Source: Saccostrea cucullata (Eukaryota). From it: a DNA stretch of 64,000 bases. The stretch is taken from the NCBI RefSeq assembly GCF_032062105.1, contig NW_026925998.1, positions 806,001 to 870,000 of the forward strand, given 5' to 3'. Of the stretch, positions 40,612 through 54,101 are shown piece after piece (position 1 is the stretch's first letter; each line of letters opens with the position of its first letter). The notes below the pieces were generated by a model. It did not search any database and was not told the origin of the DNA. It was given only the letters and a program-made list of their open reading frames with translations. Made by a program: the position numbers and the translations under genes.

Positions 40612-41719
40612 AGGGTTTTTATCACGCATAGAAATTTCTTAAAAATTAAACACTATTATATTCTTGAAACATATAATTATCGTTTAATCATAAAATAATG
40701 CTTTAAACTGTCGTATTTAAGCCATAATACGTCCGTAATGTAGGGTCTTCAGATTGAAAATCTCCACTAATTAGATAGGGGTCACGTGGTATGAAACGTC
40801 ATAGGTGTCAATGGGCAATTTTAAAGCGTATCGTAAGAAAACATCTATACCGTATAGATATTTGCCTGAAATAAAAAGAATACACCACTAGGTTGAAAGA
40901 AATTTTGATATTGACAATATTACTTTGGCTATGGATGCTCAATCTTATATGTTTTAACTTCTACAGCATAAAAATAAATAAAAAACACACCGTGAAAAGA
41001 GGAGAAGGCATTGAAGACGAAGCCGTTGACAACTCCTGTGGCTTCGACTAAATAGATCGAATTATTAACCTTTGACTTCTTAAATAATTATAAAAATGGT
41101 CATACGTTTTCTTTCTTCGTTATTTTAATAAATTATACATAAACAGATCTTGTGTACCTTCTATCTGTTCCAGCAATGAACATCATTTGATAGAAAGGAC
41201 AAAATATTACGATTTAGTCTTTGTGCATTAAATGCATATTGATTTTTTTTTTTTTTTTTGAAAAAAAATACTATTTCCATTAAATATATATTTTATATAA
41301 TACAGAAAAATTTTGATCGTACATAAACCAATGCTCTGAATATATAGACAAATCCTCGCACCGACCAAGTTTAAAAGAAACTTCCTAAAACCTTTCCTGT
41401 GCTGATTTTTCATCTAAACGCCACAAATTATTTATAAATATCTATTGATTAACCAATTATCATTTCTTAATTACTAGTAGGGTTTATAGAAAGCCATTGT
41501 AAACACAATAAGTACTTCGCTTGACCAGGACTGACACCTATGACGTCAGAGCAATGGCGCGCAACATCGGCGATCAAAATATGCATATTGAGAAATTTAA
41601 ACTTTGAATCGCTGAAACAACCAAAATATTAATTTTCTAACCAAAAAATTTTGATGGATGATTTTAATAGCATATAAACTTTGTTATATCAAAAAATCAT
41701 GATGCATGATAAAAACCCT
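40612..41719. mobile_element. Non-autonomous DNA transposon, TTAA TSD, Kolobok-like termini
   Basis: TTAA|AGGGTTTTTATCACGCAT ... ATGCATGATAAAAACCCT|TTAA. Confidence 0.8.
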
Positions 41720-42485
41720 TTAAATAATATACTCAAAACATAATTTATTCCAGGAAGACATATTTTTACAGAACTTTACTATTGTAGATATAACCCTCAA
41801 GAAAAAAATTGCACCACAGACAAAAAACATCTCTGTAGCTTTTTAGGTTTAAAGGAACCTTAATAACAAGAGGTTTAAAACTAGACATGTTTTTAACTAC
41901 TCATAAATAAAGGTGTTCATTGCATACGTATAAACTAGACAAAACAGTCGTAGGTTATTTATACAAAAAAATTGGTCACTTAGTACACACTAATTAGCAT
42001 GAGTAAATAAAAAACAAAATAAATAGGCGAAAATAATGAATAGTGATCAATCTAAAAAGAATTACGAACAATACAAATCTATGATCAGGGCATTAAAACA
42101 AGTCCCCGGAAATTTCCCAAAAATGGGATAAGAAGCCGAGGTAAAATAAGTTTCCCCTGTCGACCGGTTATATCCGCCGCGATCCCTTAATTGAAAATAA
42201 CTACCAAAATATTAAATAATATAAAATACACCAAATTTTAAAATAATTTGAGAGTGTTGTGTATGATATAAGCTTAAAACAACGATGACAGATTAAGAAA
42301 AAGATATTTGTCCGCTTTATGATCTTGTAATTGTCTGCATAGCATGTGGTGTTATTTGTTAATTTCCTCATAGTACTCCTTTTACGACATAATTGATAAA
42401 TAAGCAATTTGTCCAATCGTAATATTACACAGCACTGGTAATATTGTTGATGATTAGTACAGATCTAAACGATCCACGGGGCAAC

Positions 42486-45400
42486 ATGAAGCATTTTATC
42501 GTTTGCCTATGTATATGTGCAGTGGTAGTTCAGACAGCAAGCTATCGAACCCCAACAATTTTGGAAATGGAGAATGAAGGCGAAAATTTTGAAAAAAAAT
42601 TGCTTTTGGCGATTCTTAAGCCTTCCATCCGACATCAGTTTGAAGATTTGTGTAATGAGGATTGTAATAAAGTACCAAGCAATTTGAAGAGTAAGTATTT
42701 ATTACTTAAAAGATACTGAGTATGGTTGATTTGCAAGAGGTAATAAAGAGTATTTCAACAAACATGTCTTGAATTTTGTATGCCTGTATGTTTGCAAAAA
42801 ACAAATATTTAAAAAATAATACCTGTTTTTCAAAATACATTTCTCGGTGATGGTGATCAAAAAAATAAAACAGTTATTAAATATTTTCCAATGAAGTTTT
42901 GAATATATTTCTTAAATTTGAATGAAATTATGCAAATCTCCAAATTCATCAAAAGCAGCGCATAAATCTTTGAAATAAACCCACTCGAATGAGAACCATC
43001 TTTCTAGAAAACAGACTTTTCAAATGATGCATTTCATTTTCCCTTTCAACTTACATGACTTAGATCCAACTTTTTATTTCTGATAAATTAGATTGTCTGA
43101 TGAATTAAAAATGTATTTTAACTACATGCCGATATGCGCTTTAAAATAATCCTTGAATATTTTTGTTAGGAAAAGAAGTAGGGGATCGGAGTAAATTGCT
43201 ATTGTTACATGCCATGCCATTAATAGATAGATACAATACTTAAGATTTTTATTTGCTTAATTATAAGAGTTATCAGTAACAATTCAACTAGTGCAATGTA
43301 TATTCCAGTGGTTATATTTTTTTTTTCATTTTTTTTAAATAAGCTAAGAATAATGTTATACTGTCAATAAAGAGAGAATCTAATGAAACAGACATGTAAC
43401 AAATATTAGTTTTCTATTATACCATTTGCAGTCATAACAACTACGCGATTCGTTAATTTTTTTATCTTATTAGTAATCAAAGACAAGACGAAGTCTCCGC
43501 CAAACAAAATGTACATTCATTCATACAACATTTGTGCAAGTTTTGCTGTGATAGGATTTTACTTACATGGAAACATGGGCTTGCTCGTAATTTTCTTCTG
43601 TTCAAGCATTTGAAAAATGTATTTGAAGAATCTGTGGAAGTGTTTGGTCATTTCTTAGTCTTATCTCGAAAAAAAGCTTTTTGAGAAAGTAAACTTTATT
43701 TTTGTCATTTAAAGAAACATATACATATATGCAGATCGAATTGAGAATCTAAAAGAAGTTGGATAGCTCTTACTCCAAGATAAATCACTCATGCAAGATA
43801 TATTACCATAGACTTTTAGTTACTTGGGAATTGACTGACAAATTTTCGCATACAATGCTGCAGTTATGTGTTTGTATCTTCAAAAAATATCTATTCAATG
43901 CTTAATTATTCCCTCTAGATCTAGTTAAATAATTTTTAAAACATCTATAAAATTGAACACACATTAAAACAGAGAAAAAAAACAGTTTGCGAAGAAAGAT
44001 AGTAAAATAATTCGAATAGCTCTTGCAAATTTCTGAAATAGTAATAAATTTTAGTTAAATTTATATTTCTATATCAAAAGTAATATCGGCATGGTTTTTG
44101 TGATTTGTATAAAATACACACAGTCATAATTATGTATTGTTTTTATTGCAGTATCTATCAGAGAACCACTTTGCGATTTCTGTGAATCCATCTACAACTA
44201 CGAGGCCAGACTTCAATGTAACGCTTATTACTGTGAAATGTAGCTTAAAATCAGCGGGACACATTGTTAATAAATGTTCTCGCTGACTGACAAGTAATGA
44301 GTTAGGTGCAATATTTTTTTCAGCATACATGTTTAAGCATGTTAGTATCGATGAAATGAACCATTCCTATTTATAAATAAAGAATTTTCAGACTCATTCC
44401 TAGTTAAATTAAATTGCAAAATTTAGTTTAGCATGAAATATACTCTATGCATTCAATAATATAAGGAGATAATAAACAGTCCCCAAGCTCAAAAGTCTAT
44501 TCAAACCATAAACTTTGACCTCTTAAACATTACAGGCTTGTTCCAGTGATTTCTTGGTTGTAAATTCAGTGTTGTACTGATTATGAAAACAAGCCATTGT
44601 CAATGGAAATAACTTTTGTTATGCAAAATGAATGTCCATTTTAAGAATACAAAGTTATCGTTCTTTGCGTTCCCCTAGCTGTCAGGGTAAACCATCTCCA
44701 GACAAAATGAAACTTTTCTAGCATTGTTGTACTGTTTGTTCATAAAATGGACTAATCAATATAATCGGATACACTCAAAAGAAAAGGACACCAAGAGAAA
44801 TACCTCTGCCTATAAACTTTATTACGCTGTCTCTCCCCATCAGCCATTATGAAAAACATTGTTACTGCTCGCTGTGTGAAGAAGGGACTGAGAGGGAAAG
44901 GGTGATTGGATGGTTGAAGATGACTAAAATGTGATGATAATGATTAAGCCATTCTTCGTAGATTACATGTGCATATTAAGTTTTCCATTAAATGTATTAT
45001 GGCTTTGCATTATCTTGCGTTTAAATGCTAGTACTTAAACCGATTTTTTTCTGCGTTTATTGTGTTATATTCCTCTTTAACACCAAAAGTTTTCTAAAAC
45101 AAATTGTATCTGCTTACCTAGACGTTTGTTGTGGTTAAATGACAAATGATAGATGGTTGGGATACTTTATATATAAATATTACCTTGTTAGCGAAAACCA
45201 CCTGTCGTTTGGTCGCATTTTAAATGGCATATCTGAGATCAATTGTTAGACCTTTGTTTTTATGACAATTTAACTACGGATTATTTCTTCTAGTTTATGA
45301 AAACATTGGGCTCACTGGGCCCAAGAAAGGTTCTGTGAAAGTCTCATTAGCAGACCTATTTTTTTTATTCATATGAAGAAGAATTTGTACAAAATCTTAC

Positions 45401-48065
45401 GCGTGAAAAAGAAGAAAACACTTGCTGTGTCCTTCAACTCGGTATTTAGATATATTGACGACGTATTGTCAATTAACAATGGTAATTTCCATTCCTACGT
45501 CGATACGATATATTCTGGTGAGCTTGAGATAAAAGATGCCACAGAGTCCGACAAATCTGTTTCATTCTTGGATATTTTATTTGAAAAAGATGTTAATAGT
45601 AATCTAACAACAAAGCTATATGACAAACGTTTAACTTTTCTATCGTCAACTTTCCTTACTTATGTGTGTTCTCAAAATATATGTTATTCTTTATCTTCAA
45701 TTATATCAAACTTTCTTAAAACAGTATACATATGCAACAAACACAGGTAGATGCCATTCCAAGTTTCAAGCTAGACAACATGAAAAATTAACGTTTTAAT
45801 GATTAAGAATAATTTGAATAATAAAAACGTTATTTTTTTTCTATTCAGTAATTTACTTTGCTACGACGGCGTATTCGTGCCATTTTAACAATGTAGAAAT
45901 TTTTTATTAAATCTTTTTTAGAAAATTTTTACGATTTAATAAATCGTTTGTACATTTAGTAAATAGTACCGATTTACTAAATCGTACAAACGATTTATTA
46001 ATCGTGATTTAAAAAAATATTTCTACATTGTTTAAATGGCAGACGCCGTCGTACTTTGCCGTGTATTCTTTTTTAGAAAATTTTTAGTACATTTAGTACA
46101 AGTAGACCCTTTATATAATTGCGCAGAATTATTATTATTTCATAATTTAACATTTAATGGGGTCAAACTTTGGGTGACACTTAATAAAGCAGATTTGGGA
46201 ATCATGAACTTAACAGTTATTTTCAAGTGCGTGTTTACTCTCAGTTTAATATTATTGGCTGAATTAATCGTATACCTTGTGCAGAACAATGATAGGATTA
46301 AGCACGTTCAAAGACAATCTAAGAATCACATGTTTCAATCTGGGTTGAAAAATCAACAAGTTTTCATCAAGGACAACTTTCCGGATTTTGCAGATTTTTC
46401 AAACCACTCTGAAGGTAAATTTTAACACTGTTAACGAAATTTCCAATACAAATTACTGTATGTGTACTTAATTATAAAACGGGCTTCATATTTTAGCAGC
46501 TTTGGTGCAAACAGAGATGGACTAATTCATGAAAACCGCTAAGAAATCATTCATATATCCCTGTACAGCTGGTAAAACTTTTAAACAATTTGCAATAAAC
46601 TTAAAGATTAAAAGATGTTTTTTTTCAATGAATGCGCATAATGACGTCTTATTTAAACACTGGAATAATGCAGAAAAAATACATAACCCGCGTAACATAA
46701 CAACAAACAAAGAAAGACATTTTATTGTTTATATTTATATCTGTTTAAATTATCATTTTAAGTAGGATTAAAAATAGTAATTATTGTGTTAATGATGCGA
46801 ACGTCTTTGTAAGTTTCATTGATGGAAGCCACTGATCAAGAAGGCAGGTGATATGGTTTTACAATGGGTTTTCTTATATATTCATGGCATGGACATATCT
46901 TGCGCTAATTAATGATTACACCGACAACTCTATACCCATCGAATGCACTAAATTTTGAATACGCCAAATTATGTACATACACTTTGATGTTAAACAATAA
47001 AAGGATTATTGTTTTCGATTTATTAATATTTATGCACCAGGGTGCTGATTACAAAACTGCCAAAATATTTGATTTAAATAAAATGATATATAAGATTAAG
47101 ATGCAAGTCCAAATCAGGAATGTACAAAATAGCTCTGTCCTAAGTACCATGTTATGCTGTTGATTACGTTTTAACGAGTTCACACACAGTAAATTAACTG
47201 AAAAAGAATTGAAGAAATAAATTGCTTTAAGCAATCTGTTAATTAGAATATTATTACCTGTACATATAATATAATAATAAATTGTCCTTTTGATCAGATT
47301 ATGAAAAAACAGAACCCAAGTAGACTGACTTAGATTATGAAAAAAGCATAGGTAAGGAATTTTTATCTTATGACTCAAGTCAATGAGATATATTGAGATA
47401 AAAACAGTATTCGAGCTCAAAAGTCCATTCAAACAATACAAATCATGAGCAGAGCAAACATGGTCCTCTAAAACATCAGAGGTGGGATCAGATGCCATGG
47501 AGGAGTCATCATCCTCTGCCGACCGGTCACACCCTAAGTGTTCCTTGTCATAATCGGGAAATAACGGTAATTTCGTCGACAAGACAGTATGTAAATAAGG
47601 GACTAACTATTAGTATTAAAAACTCGAGTCACCATTTGACTTATTGATAAGTTGTATTTGCTGAGAAGGTCATTGTATCGACCATAGGTTCTGTAATGAA
47701 CATGTAAGTTTACCCACAGCTGAAAGCAAGCATTGGAAGTACTAACGTATTATTGGTAAAAGGCTTTCTATCAGTATTTGTGCAATACTTTTATTGTTCA
47801 TTTCATTTAATTACCTAAGAATAAAGATCATAACCCTGAGATCATGATAATTAATAGAGATCGATTTTAAAGCAGGTCTGTAAAGAGGACATTTAAGACG
47901 GACCCCTTGCAATTCCAGAACCAAATTTCATCGCTATTTTCTTAATTACTACACATTTTTGTTTCAGGACTTACATTATGTTTGTTGTGCCATGATATTG
48001 AAAATCACGATATTCAATGCCAATGCAAGAACCTATATTGCAGTAAAGAGAAAAGATGTCAGTGA
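42486..48065 (+). CDS. Secreted cysteine-rich peptide gene C (~106 aa); exon 1 42486-42690, last exon 47968-48065, probable micro-exon 46394-46414 (alternative or additional 43170-43190)
   Basis: MKHFIVCLCICAVVVQTAS (signal) YRTPTILEMENEGENFEKK...EDLCNEDCNKVPSNLK/NFSNHSE/GLTLCLLCHDIENHDIQCQCKNLYCSKEKRCQ*. Phase-1 donor A|GTAAGT and acceptor TTTTTGTTTCAG; same C-x2-C-x11-C-x4-C core plus two extra Cys. The middle exon is uncertain. Confidence 0.78.
45345..45665 (+). mobile_element. Penelope-like reverse transcriptase fragment
   Basis: LAVSFNSVFRYIDDVLSINNGNFHSYVDTIYSGELEIKDATESDKSVSFLDI...LTTKLYDKR: YIDD catalytic motif, FLD and LYDKR motifs of Penelope-like RTs. Confidence 0.88.
45862..46053. 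mobile_element. Small palindromic MITE with CTTTGC duplication
   Basis: TACGACGGCGT...TGCCATTTTAACAATGTAGAAAT is mirrored by ATTTCTACATTGTTTAAATGGCAGACGCCGTCGTA; CTTTGC on both flanks. Confidence 0.8.
47395..47685 (-). mobile_element. Penelope-like 3' fragment
   Basis: CATCAGAGGTGGGATCAGATGCCATGGAGGAG...GACCGGTCACACC...AAGGTCATTGTATCGACCATAG. Confidence 0.8.
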
Positions 48066-49859
48066 ATACGAATGGGAAAAGAGCGCAGCATTTGAAAGTT
48101 CTAAAACAACTTTTTATCAATGAGAACATCTTTGATTTTGAGGACATTAAAGAAGATAAACGGAGAACCTGCTGTCTCTAACAAACCAACCAGATCTCTG
48201 TGCAGGAACGTTCCTCGTTAATTTTGTGATTGGTTGATGTTGATTCTTACCCACGCAACCGACACGTTGCATTCATACACACAGAAAACTTCTGTTTTTG
48301 AATGGCAGCATCGATCGAGTTGTTTTTCTGAAATATATTTTATAAATAAAAGAATACTTTTTTCATTGTTCTGGTTTTGAGATGCAAAAATCATACAGTG
48401 ACATTGTTTTAAAAGTAAATTGACACAGAATAGCATTAATAAAATACCATACAATCTATAGTACAGAAGAATAGCAATATACAGGTATTGTGAACTATAA
48501 CTAATCATATTATAGAGTTACTAATTATTACTAATTATAGATAGGTTACTAACTTAAAGTTAATACATAATTACATTGATAGCCTATGTAACTTGACCCC
48601 TAATGTTTTTAGCTTTTAAAATTTGGTATCTCTAAAATTGCATTTAAATAATATTTAAAAACTGTGAATTCGCAAGTTAAATATCCTTTTATTATCAATT
48701 TTACAAAAAGCATATATTCAATAAAAATATAAAATACAACAAATTAGAATTTATTGTAGAAAAAAAATTTTATTTATTCAAGTAAAAAATTATTTATGTA
48801 TACATGTAGTAAAAAGAGAATAGTGAATGTTATGTATTTATTTCACAAGCTGAATATGGCTTTGTAGATTTTGTCATGAGTGTGAAGCAATTAGATCGTG
48901 GAGACATAATTTGAAATAAAATAGGCCTTAAAATGTCTCATGGAATAAACAGCCTAAATGTAAAACTACAAAGAACATGGAATATTGCGTCGCACTATAA
49001 TTACCTGGGTTTTTTTGTTTTGTTTTTTTTTTTTGTTTTTTTTTTTTTTTTTTTTTTTGGGAAGAATATGCTAAAATGAACAGATTTTCGTTTCTCCGTT
49101 GGTCACAAAAAACACGTGTTATCTTGAAGTTGTACCGCATGACCATACCACCACCAATAAAATATAAAGGACTATTCAAAAAAAAAAAATAATAAAAACG
49201 TATATTTGTTAAAAGTTTATTCTGAAAATAAAAAAAAAATGCTAACTAAATTCCTTCAGAGGTTTTAACTGAGGACGGTTTTCTACGTACTTTTAATAAA
49301 CCCCAGTTCCTGTATGTGCACATACATGTACAGTATTATGTAAATAGGACTCCAGAAATTAAAATGAAAAACAAAATACGCGCAAACATATTTATTCAGA
49401 TCCCCTTTTTAAATTGATAAATGTGTAGATATATTTAGATATAAAAATTTTTGCACATTTTTTGCGTGCTTCGTGGTCTCTTATTTTACATCTGGCTTAA
49501 TTTATCTTTCATCTCTAGGTAAAAATTTAATGTTTTGGAATATTACTCTTCAACATTTCAAGGATCTAGGAGACATCATGAACTCCAAGTCCTTTGCTTC
49601 TTCAGCACACCCTTACAAGAAAAATATTCTAAAAAGTAAATCGAAATCTGCGATAAGTAGAGCATATTTTTTTCCATATCCTTCATTTCAACACAAAAAC
49701 GTGCAGGCTGCATAAAAAATTAAAGAAAAAAAGAGACAAGAGAAAATATGCAAAAAAAGCAGTAAAAAATCAATTATTTTCAAATTGGTACAATGGAGTA
49801 GTGTCAAGTAAAGGTAACAAAAAGCACTGTGATAACTTTCGCAAGAGAGATTTGTAAGA

Positions 49860-50785
49860 TTGATTGATTGATTGTATACTGTAAACCAATTATTATACGC
49901 GTCATTTTTTATTCGCGACTGACCGCGGGAGAACTAATCTGCGACGATTTATTTCCGCGAACAAGTGGTCATATTTTTTTTATTTCCACAAGTATTTTAA
50001 AGTACTGCTTATGTATTATTTAGGACATTCTGTGGATTGTGTCTATTCAAAATCTTATATCCGCACCTAAAGTAGGTAAAATGTTACCATGAATATACTT
50101 CTTACGCATTATTCACGACGCTCGAATGAAAATCGGTAAAAAGAAAATCGAGGAAAAAAGTGTAAAAGTGCCTCGTGCTAATTGGGTAATTGAAAAAATC
50201 AATTATTATTTGGGACGGAGCAGGACTGGGCCATAATTAGTCGTAATTAACCAGGCTATCTCTAACTCGTCTGTGACAATAAATGAACAATAATAACACA
50301 AGCTGACATTTTAATCGTTTTAGCACGTTTATATATTTTTTCTGAACGTTTGTAATAAAACTTCAACTGCTTCTAGAACACTAAAATTCGTCCGTGATTA
50401 CTTATTGAATCATTGGGATTGGTACTCAAAAAAGGGCAAATAAGTCTAATAATTACATGGGAAAATGAGCCACTGGTTCGCGACGATAAATTGATTGATA
50501 TTTTGTATAATACTTGGTTTACAGTATTGTTTTACATCCCTCTCGAGAATTTTTCACTCATTTGGAGACGACACCAGTTGCCGGTGGAGAGCTGCAAATT
50601 TTGTCCTATACTCGGCACTCATGGCCATTGAGCAGGTAAGGATCTTTTTCGTGTCAGCACCTTCTGCGACATGGGACCTCGGTTTATACGGTCTCATCCA
50701 AAGGACCGGTCATCACGTCCCACATTTGGATTTGAACCCGCGACGTAAGGATAAACTCTTTCTTCGTGACTCTAGAGCAGGCGCT
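49860..50785 (-). mobile_element. SINE with 13-bp TSD, interrupted by a MITE in its tail
   Basis: GAGATTTGTAAGA at 49847-49859 and 50786-50798; removing the MITE restores GATTGTATATTGTTTTACATCCCTCTCGAG. Confidence 0.88.
49879..50524. mobile_element. MITE with TA TSD nested in a SINE
   Basis: TA|CTGTAAACCAA ... TTGGTTTACAG|TA. Confidence 0.85.
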
Positions 50786-50854
50786 GAGATTTGTAAGAAA
50801 TAAATTGAGATATCGAATAGTAATCAAGCTCAAAAGCTTAATGAATGAAAAAAT

Positions 50855-51100
50855 GGAAATAACGAGCAGTACCAAAGCTCAAAAGCTCACCAAACAATAT
50901 CAATTGGAGAAGAGCAAACACAGACCTCCAACACATCAGAGGTGGGATCAGGTGTCATGGAGGAGTGGGCATTCCTCTGCGGGCCGGTCACAAACGCCGT
51001 GTGATCCTTGTCATGATTCGGAAATTAAGAAAAATCTGTCGACAATTCAGTGTAAGGAATGGACTACAATAATTATGAAAAATGTCATTCAGTATTTGAT
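50855..51100 (-). mobile_element. Penelope-like 3' fragment
   Basis: AGAGCAAACACAGACCTCC...CATCAGAGGTGGGATCAGGTGTCATGGAGGAGTGGGCATTCCTCTG. Confidence 0.8.
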
Positions 51101-52414
51101 TCATGTTTATCATAAAGCTTTGTTCTTAGATAAACATTATCGTCTTATTAAGTAAGTTATCCGAATATAAAACAAATGTGTTGGACTCTGTGGTATCTTT
51201 TATTTCAAGCTCAACAGGATATAACGTATCGACGTAATTTAATTGACAATACATGGTCGATATATCTAAATGTCGAGTTGCAGGCCGCGACAAGTATTTT
51301 CTTTAAATATAGATTTAAATTAATATTTGACCCTATTTTTTTTAACTGTGAGCAAGAAATCTGCTATAAATCTGTAACCATAGTAACCTGTAACCTGTAA
51401 CCATAGTAAATTTACCTTTAATAGTGATGATAGTGAGATAAACGCGGCAAAGACGAATAACTCGCCATAACAATGTAATTAAATTTAACACCAACCTCAC
51501 TTATGAAAAAAATGAAATTTAGAATTTACAAAATTTGAAACCTTACTATTTTATATTGTACAATTATCGTAATTCAAATCATATTGTAAACAATCGACTG
51601 AATTTAGAGGCTGGGATATCGTTACCAGTGTAATTAAAATAAGAGATGTACTTTGAAAGGATTTTTACTTTTTCCTCTAAAATCATAAACTGTGATTGAA
51701 ATTGACAATCTCTGTAATAGATCCGCACTTCTATTATTTCACGGTTTATATTTTAGTTTCTTGGTAAAATGATGACAGATTGTACATCCACACTGTCGTC
51801 CGTCAATAATGCATGTATTCATGTATTTTAGGAATGATAATCGAATACAGAATTACTAATCGGTTAACCACAAGTCTTTCCAACCGATTAATAGGCTAAT
51901 CGTATACACACCATCTAAACATTTTTGTAATTGTTAGCTCTACCGAAAAAAAACAGACTATAAAGATTGATTATATTTGTTCAGAGCATCATAAATCATT
52001 TACTTCATCTTTATTTTGTTCATATTAAATTAAAACAAGGTTATACTTTTTTTTTAAAATGTTCATACTAAATTAAAACAAGGTTATACTTTTATTTTTT
52101 TTAAAAAATGAAAAAAGGATGCACTTTTGTTTTCATTATCTTAAATATTATTCCTCATCTTTCGTTGATAAGTTGGTCGAAAGTATGCAATATCTCATCT
52201 TTCTATACCTGAATTTTCGCAAATGACTCCAAAGCAGCACGGCGCTGATATATATATATGAACTATGCATATTGTCGTTTTGAATTTCAACACAAAGTTT
52301 CGCTTAGAATATGTTTTAAAGTACATTTGTTTACGTATTTTAATACTAAAGGTTGTAGATAATATTTTTCATAAAGTAACTGATACGATTTTTGATGAGG
52401 TCGCAGCAATGAAA

Positions 52415-52995
52415 TATATGGAAATAACGAACAGTATTCAGACTCAAATGTCCAATAGAAATACAAAATAAGAGCAGAGAAAACACAGACCTTCGAAATA
52501 TCAGAGGTCGGATCAGGTGCCATGGAGGAGACAGCATCCTTTGCCAACCGGTCACGACCGCCATGTGCTCCTAATCAAGATCGGGAAGCAACGGGACAAT
52601 CCGTCGCAAATTCAGTGTGTAAATAATTGACTAACAATTACATGTAGTATGAAAAACTTTAGTTAGCATTTGACTCAATGATAAATTGTATTATTTGACA
52701 AGGTCGTTGTATCGACCAAATAATTTACAAGATGATAACAAAAATCATGATATTCTTGTTTCATCAACTTGTTCAACAATAATTTACCTCGTTTTAGAAA
52801 TTGAACATATTGGAGCATGCTCTTGCGTATCGAATCAGCTGGGATATATAAAACCCGTAGTTAGGTGATGAAGGCATATTGCTGCATAAGGAAGGGAAGC
52901 TGACATTGAAAAGTTAATGTCATCACGTTTATCAGAGAGCTTTGTTGTTAGATTACCATTAACGTCTTTTTTAAGTAAAATATCCAAATCTGAAA
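52415..52995 (-). mobile_element. Penelope-like 3' fragment (RT C-terminus plus UTR)
   Basis: Family 3' UTR plus degenerate RT sequence (GCGTATCGAATCAGCTG; TTATCAGAGAGCTTTGTTGTTAGATT; AAAATATCCAA). Confidence 0.82.
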
Positions 52996-54101
52996 AAGAC
53001 AAGTATTTCAATCAGGACCTTTTTTTGTATAGTTTTGAACTATTTTACATTAAAACTGAATGCTACAGTTGGTATTAAATTTACATTTGATCTAATAGTA
53101 CATATTTAGTATATGTTTTGATATTGTTTGTCCATCATTGTAACGTACACACATGCATGTTATGATAATGAAAGGATTAATGAAAAAAAATACTGAGTAC
53201 TTCAGGACGATTTTTTCTAAATTCTAGCATGTCTATTATTGTAATATCCGGTATATAAAAAATCCAAAGAAACAAAATCCCTCCGAGGAAAAGAAAGTAC
53301 TAAAAGTAACCTTTAAATATCAAAATATCAAAGTCACGACTCAATTTTAAAATTTACTGTTTAAAATGTAAATTATAAAAACTGTGAATTCATTAATTTT
53401 CGTAGGGGTTTCTTTTTCGTTGTTTCCGATGTATTAAGATACCCATGAATTCATGACTACCACAAAATTTAACATTTAACTTAGAAAACTACCTAATAGT
53501 TTTCCATCCATGAAATCAATTTCCCTCGAACCAATATTTCTTTTCTCAAACCACAAAATAAATATTGTTGCTATACAAATAACATGTATATATGCATACC
53601 TCCTAACTCTTCATTGAAAACTTAAACATTGATTGCAGAAACACCTTTTACTTTCATTTTAATAAGGGGTAAAATAAACAGTTGAGTTTAAGATATTTCA
53701 TTGTATAAAAAAAGTATGCTTAACTTATCGAATCTTACAGTTTCAAGTGTTAATGAGAGTCAGCCTATCACAACAAATGTCTACCAGTTTGACAGTTTAT
53801 TATTCGTGAAATATTGGTTTCGTCCTTATATTAAGTGGTTTTACGATGTTAGAAAGAGATTTGTTTGTCCAGACAACACAGAAAAGGTTACTGGTCAGTG
53901 TGTTAAGTCACCTTACGTCCTTACAAAAACGTTATTTAATGACATTCTGCTGACCGGTGCATGTTCATATCTGTCTGACATGCAGAACAAGTCGATCCGA
54001 GGATGACAAATAAATCACGAGAATATGATTTTGGACATTATATCAACTCAAACACAGACATGTTCCATTAGTACTGACCTTACCATTCTCTGAGCACCAC
54101 G

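Noticed and set aside
40967-41051. Exon-like stretch (IKINKKHTVKRGEGIEDEAVDNSCGFD*) as a sixth cluster member
   Set aside because: It lies inside the TTAA-flanked transposon, lacks the four-Cys motif, and I found no matching signal-peptide exon.
42444-42485. Longer N-terminus of gene C given by the ORF track
   Set aside because: It starts at TTG; the ATG at 42486 has a good context (CAACATG) and directly begins a signal peptide.
43474-43510. Candidate micro-exon for gene C (IIKDKTKSPPNK)
   Set aside because: Weak donor (GTACAT) in phase 2, incompatible with the phase-1 last exon unless another exon compensates.
46036-47582. ORFs of 129 aa (+) and 177 aa (-)
   Set aside because: Composed of MITE end, Penelope-like UTR and AT-rich intron sequence; only the 21-nt micro-exon candidate within is retained.
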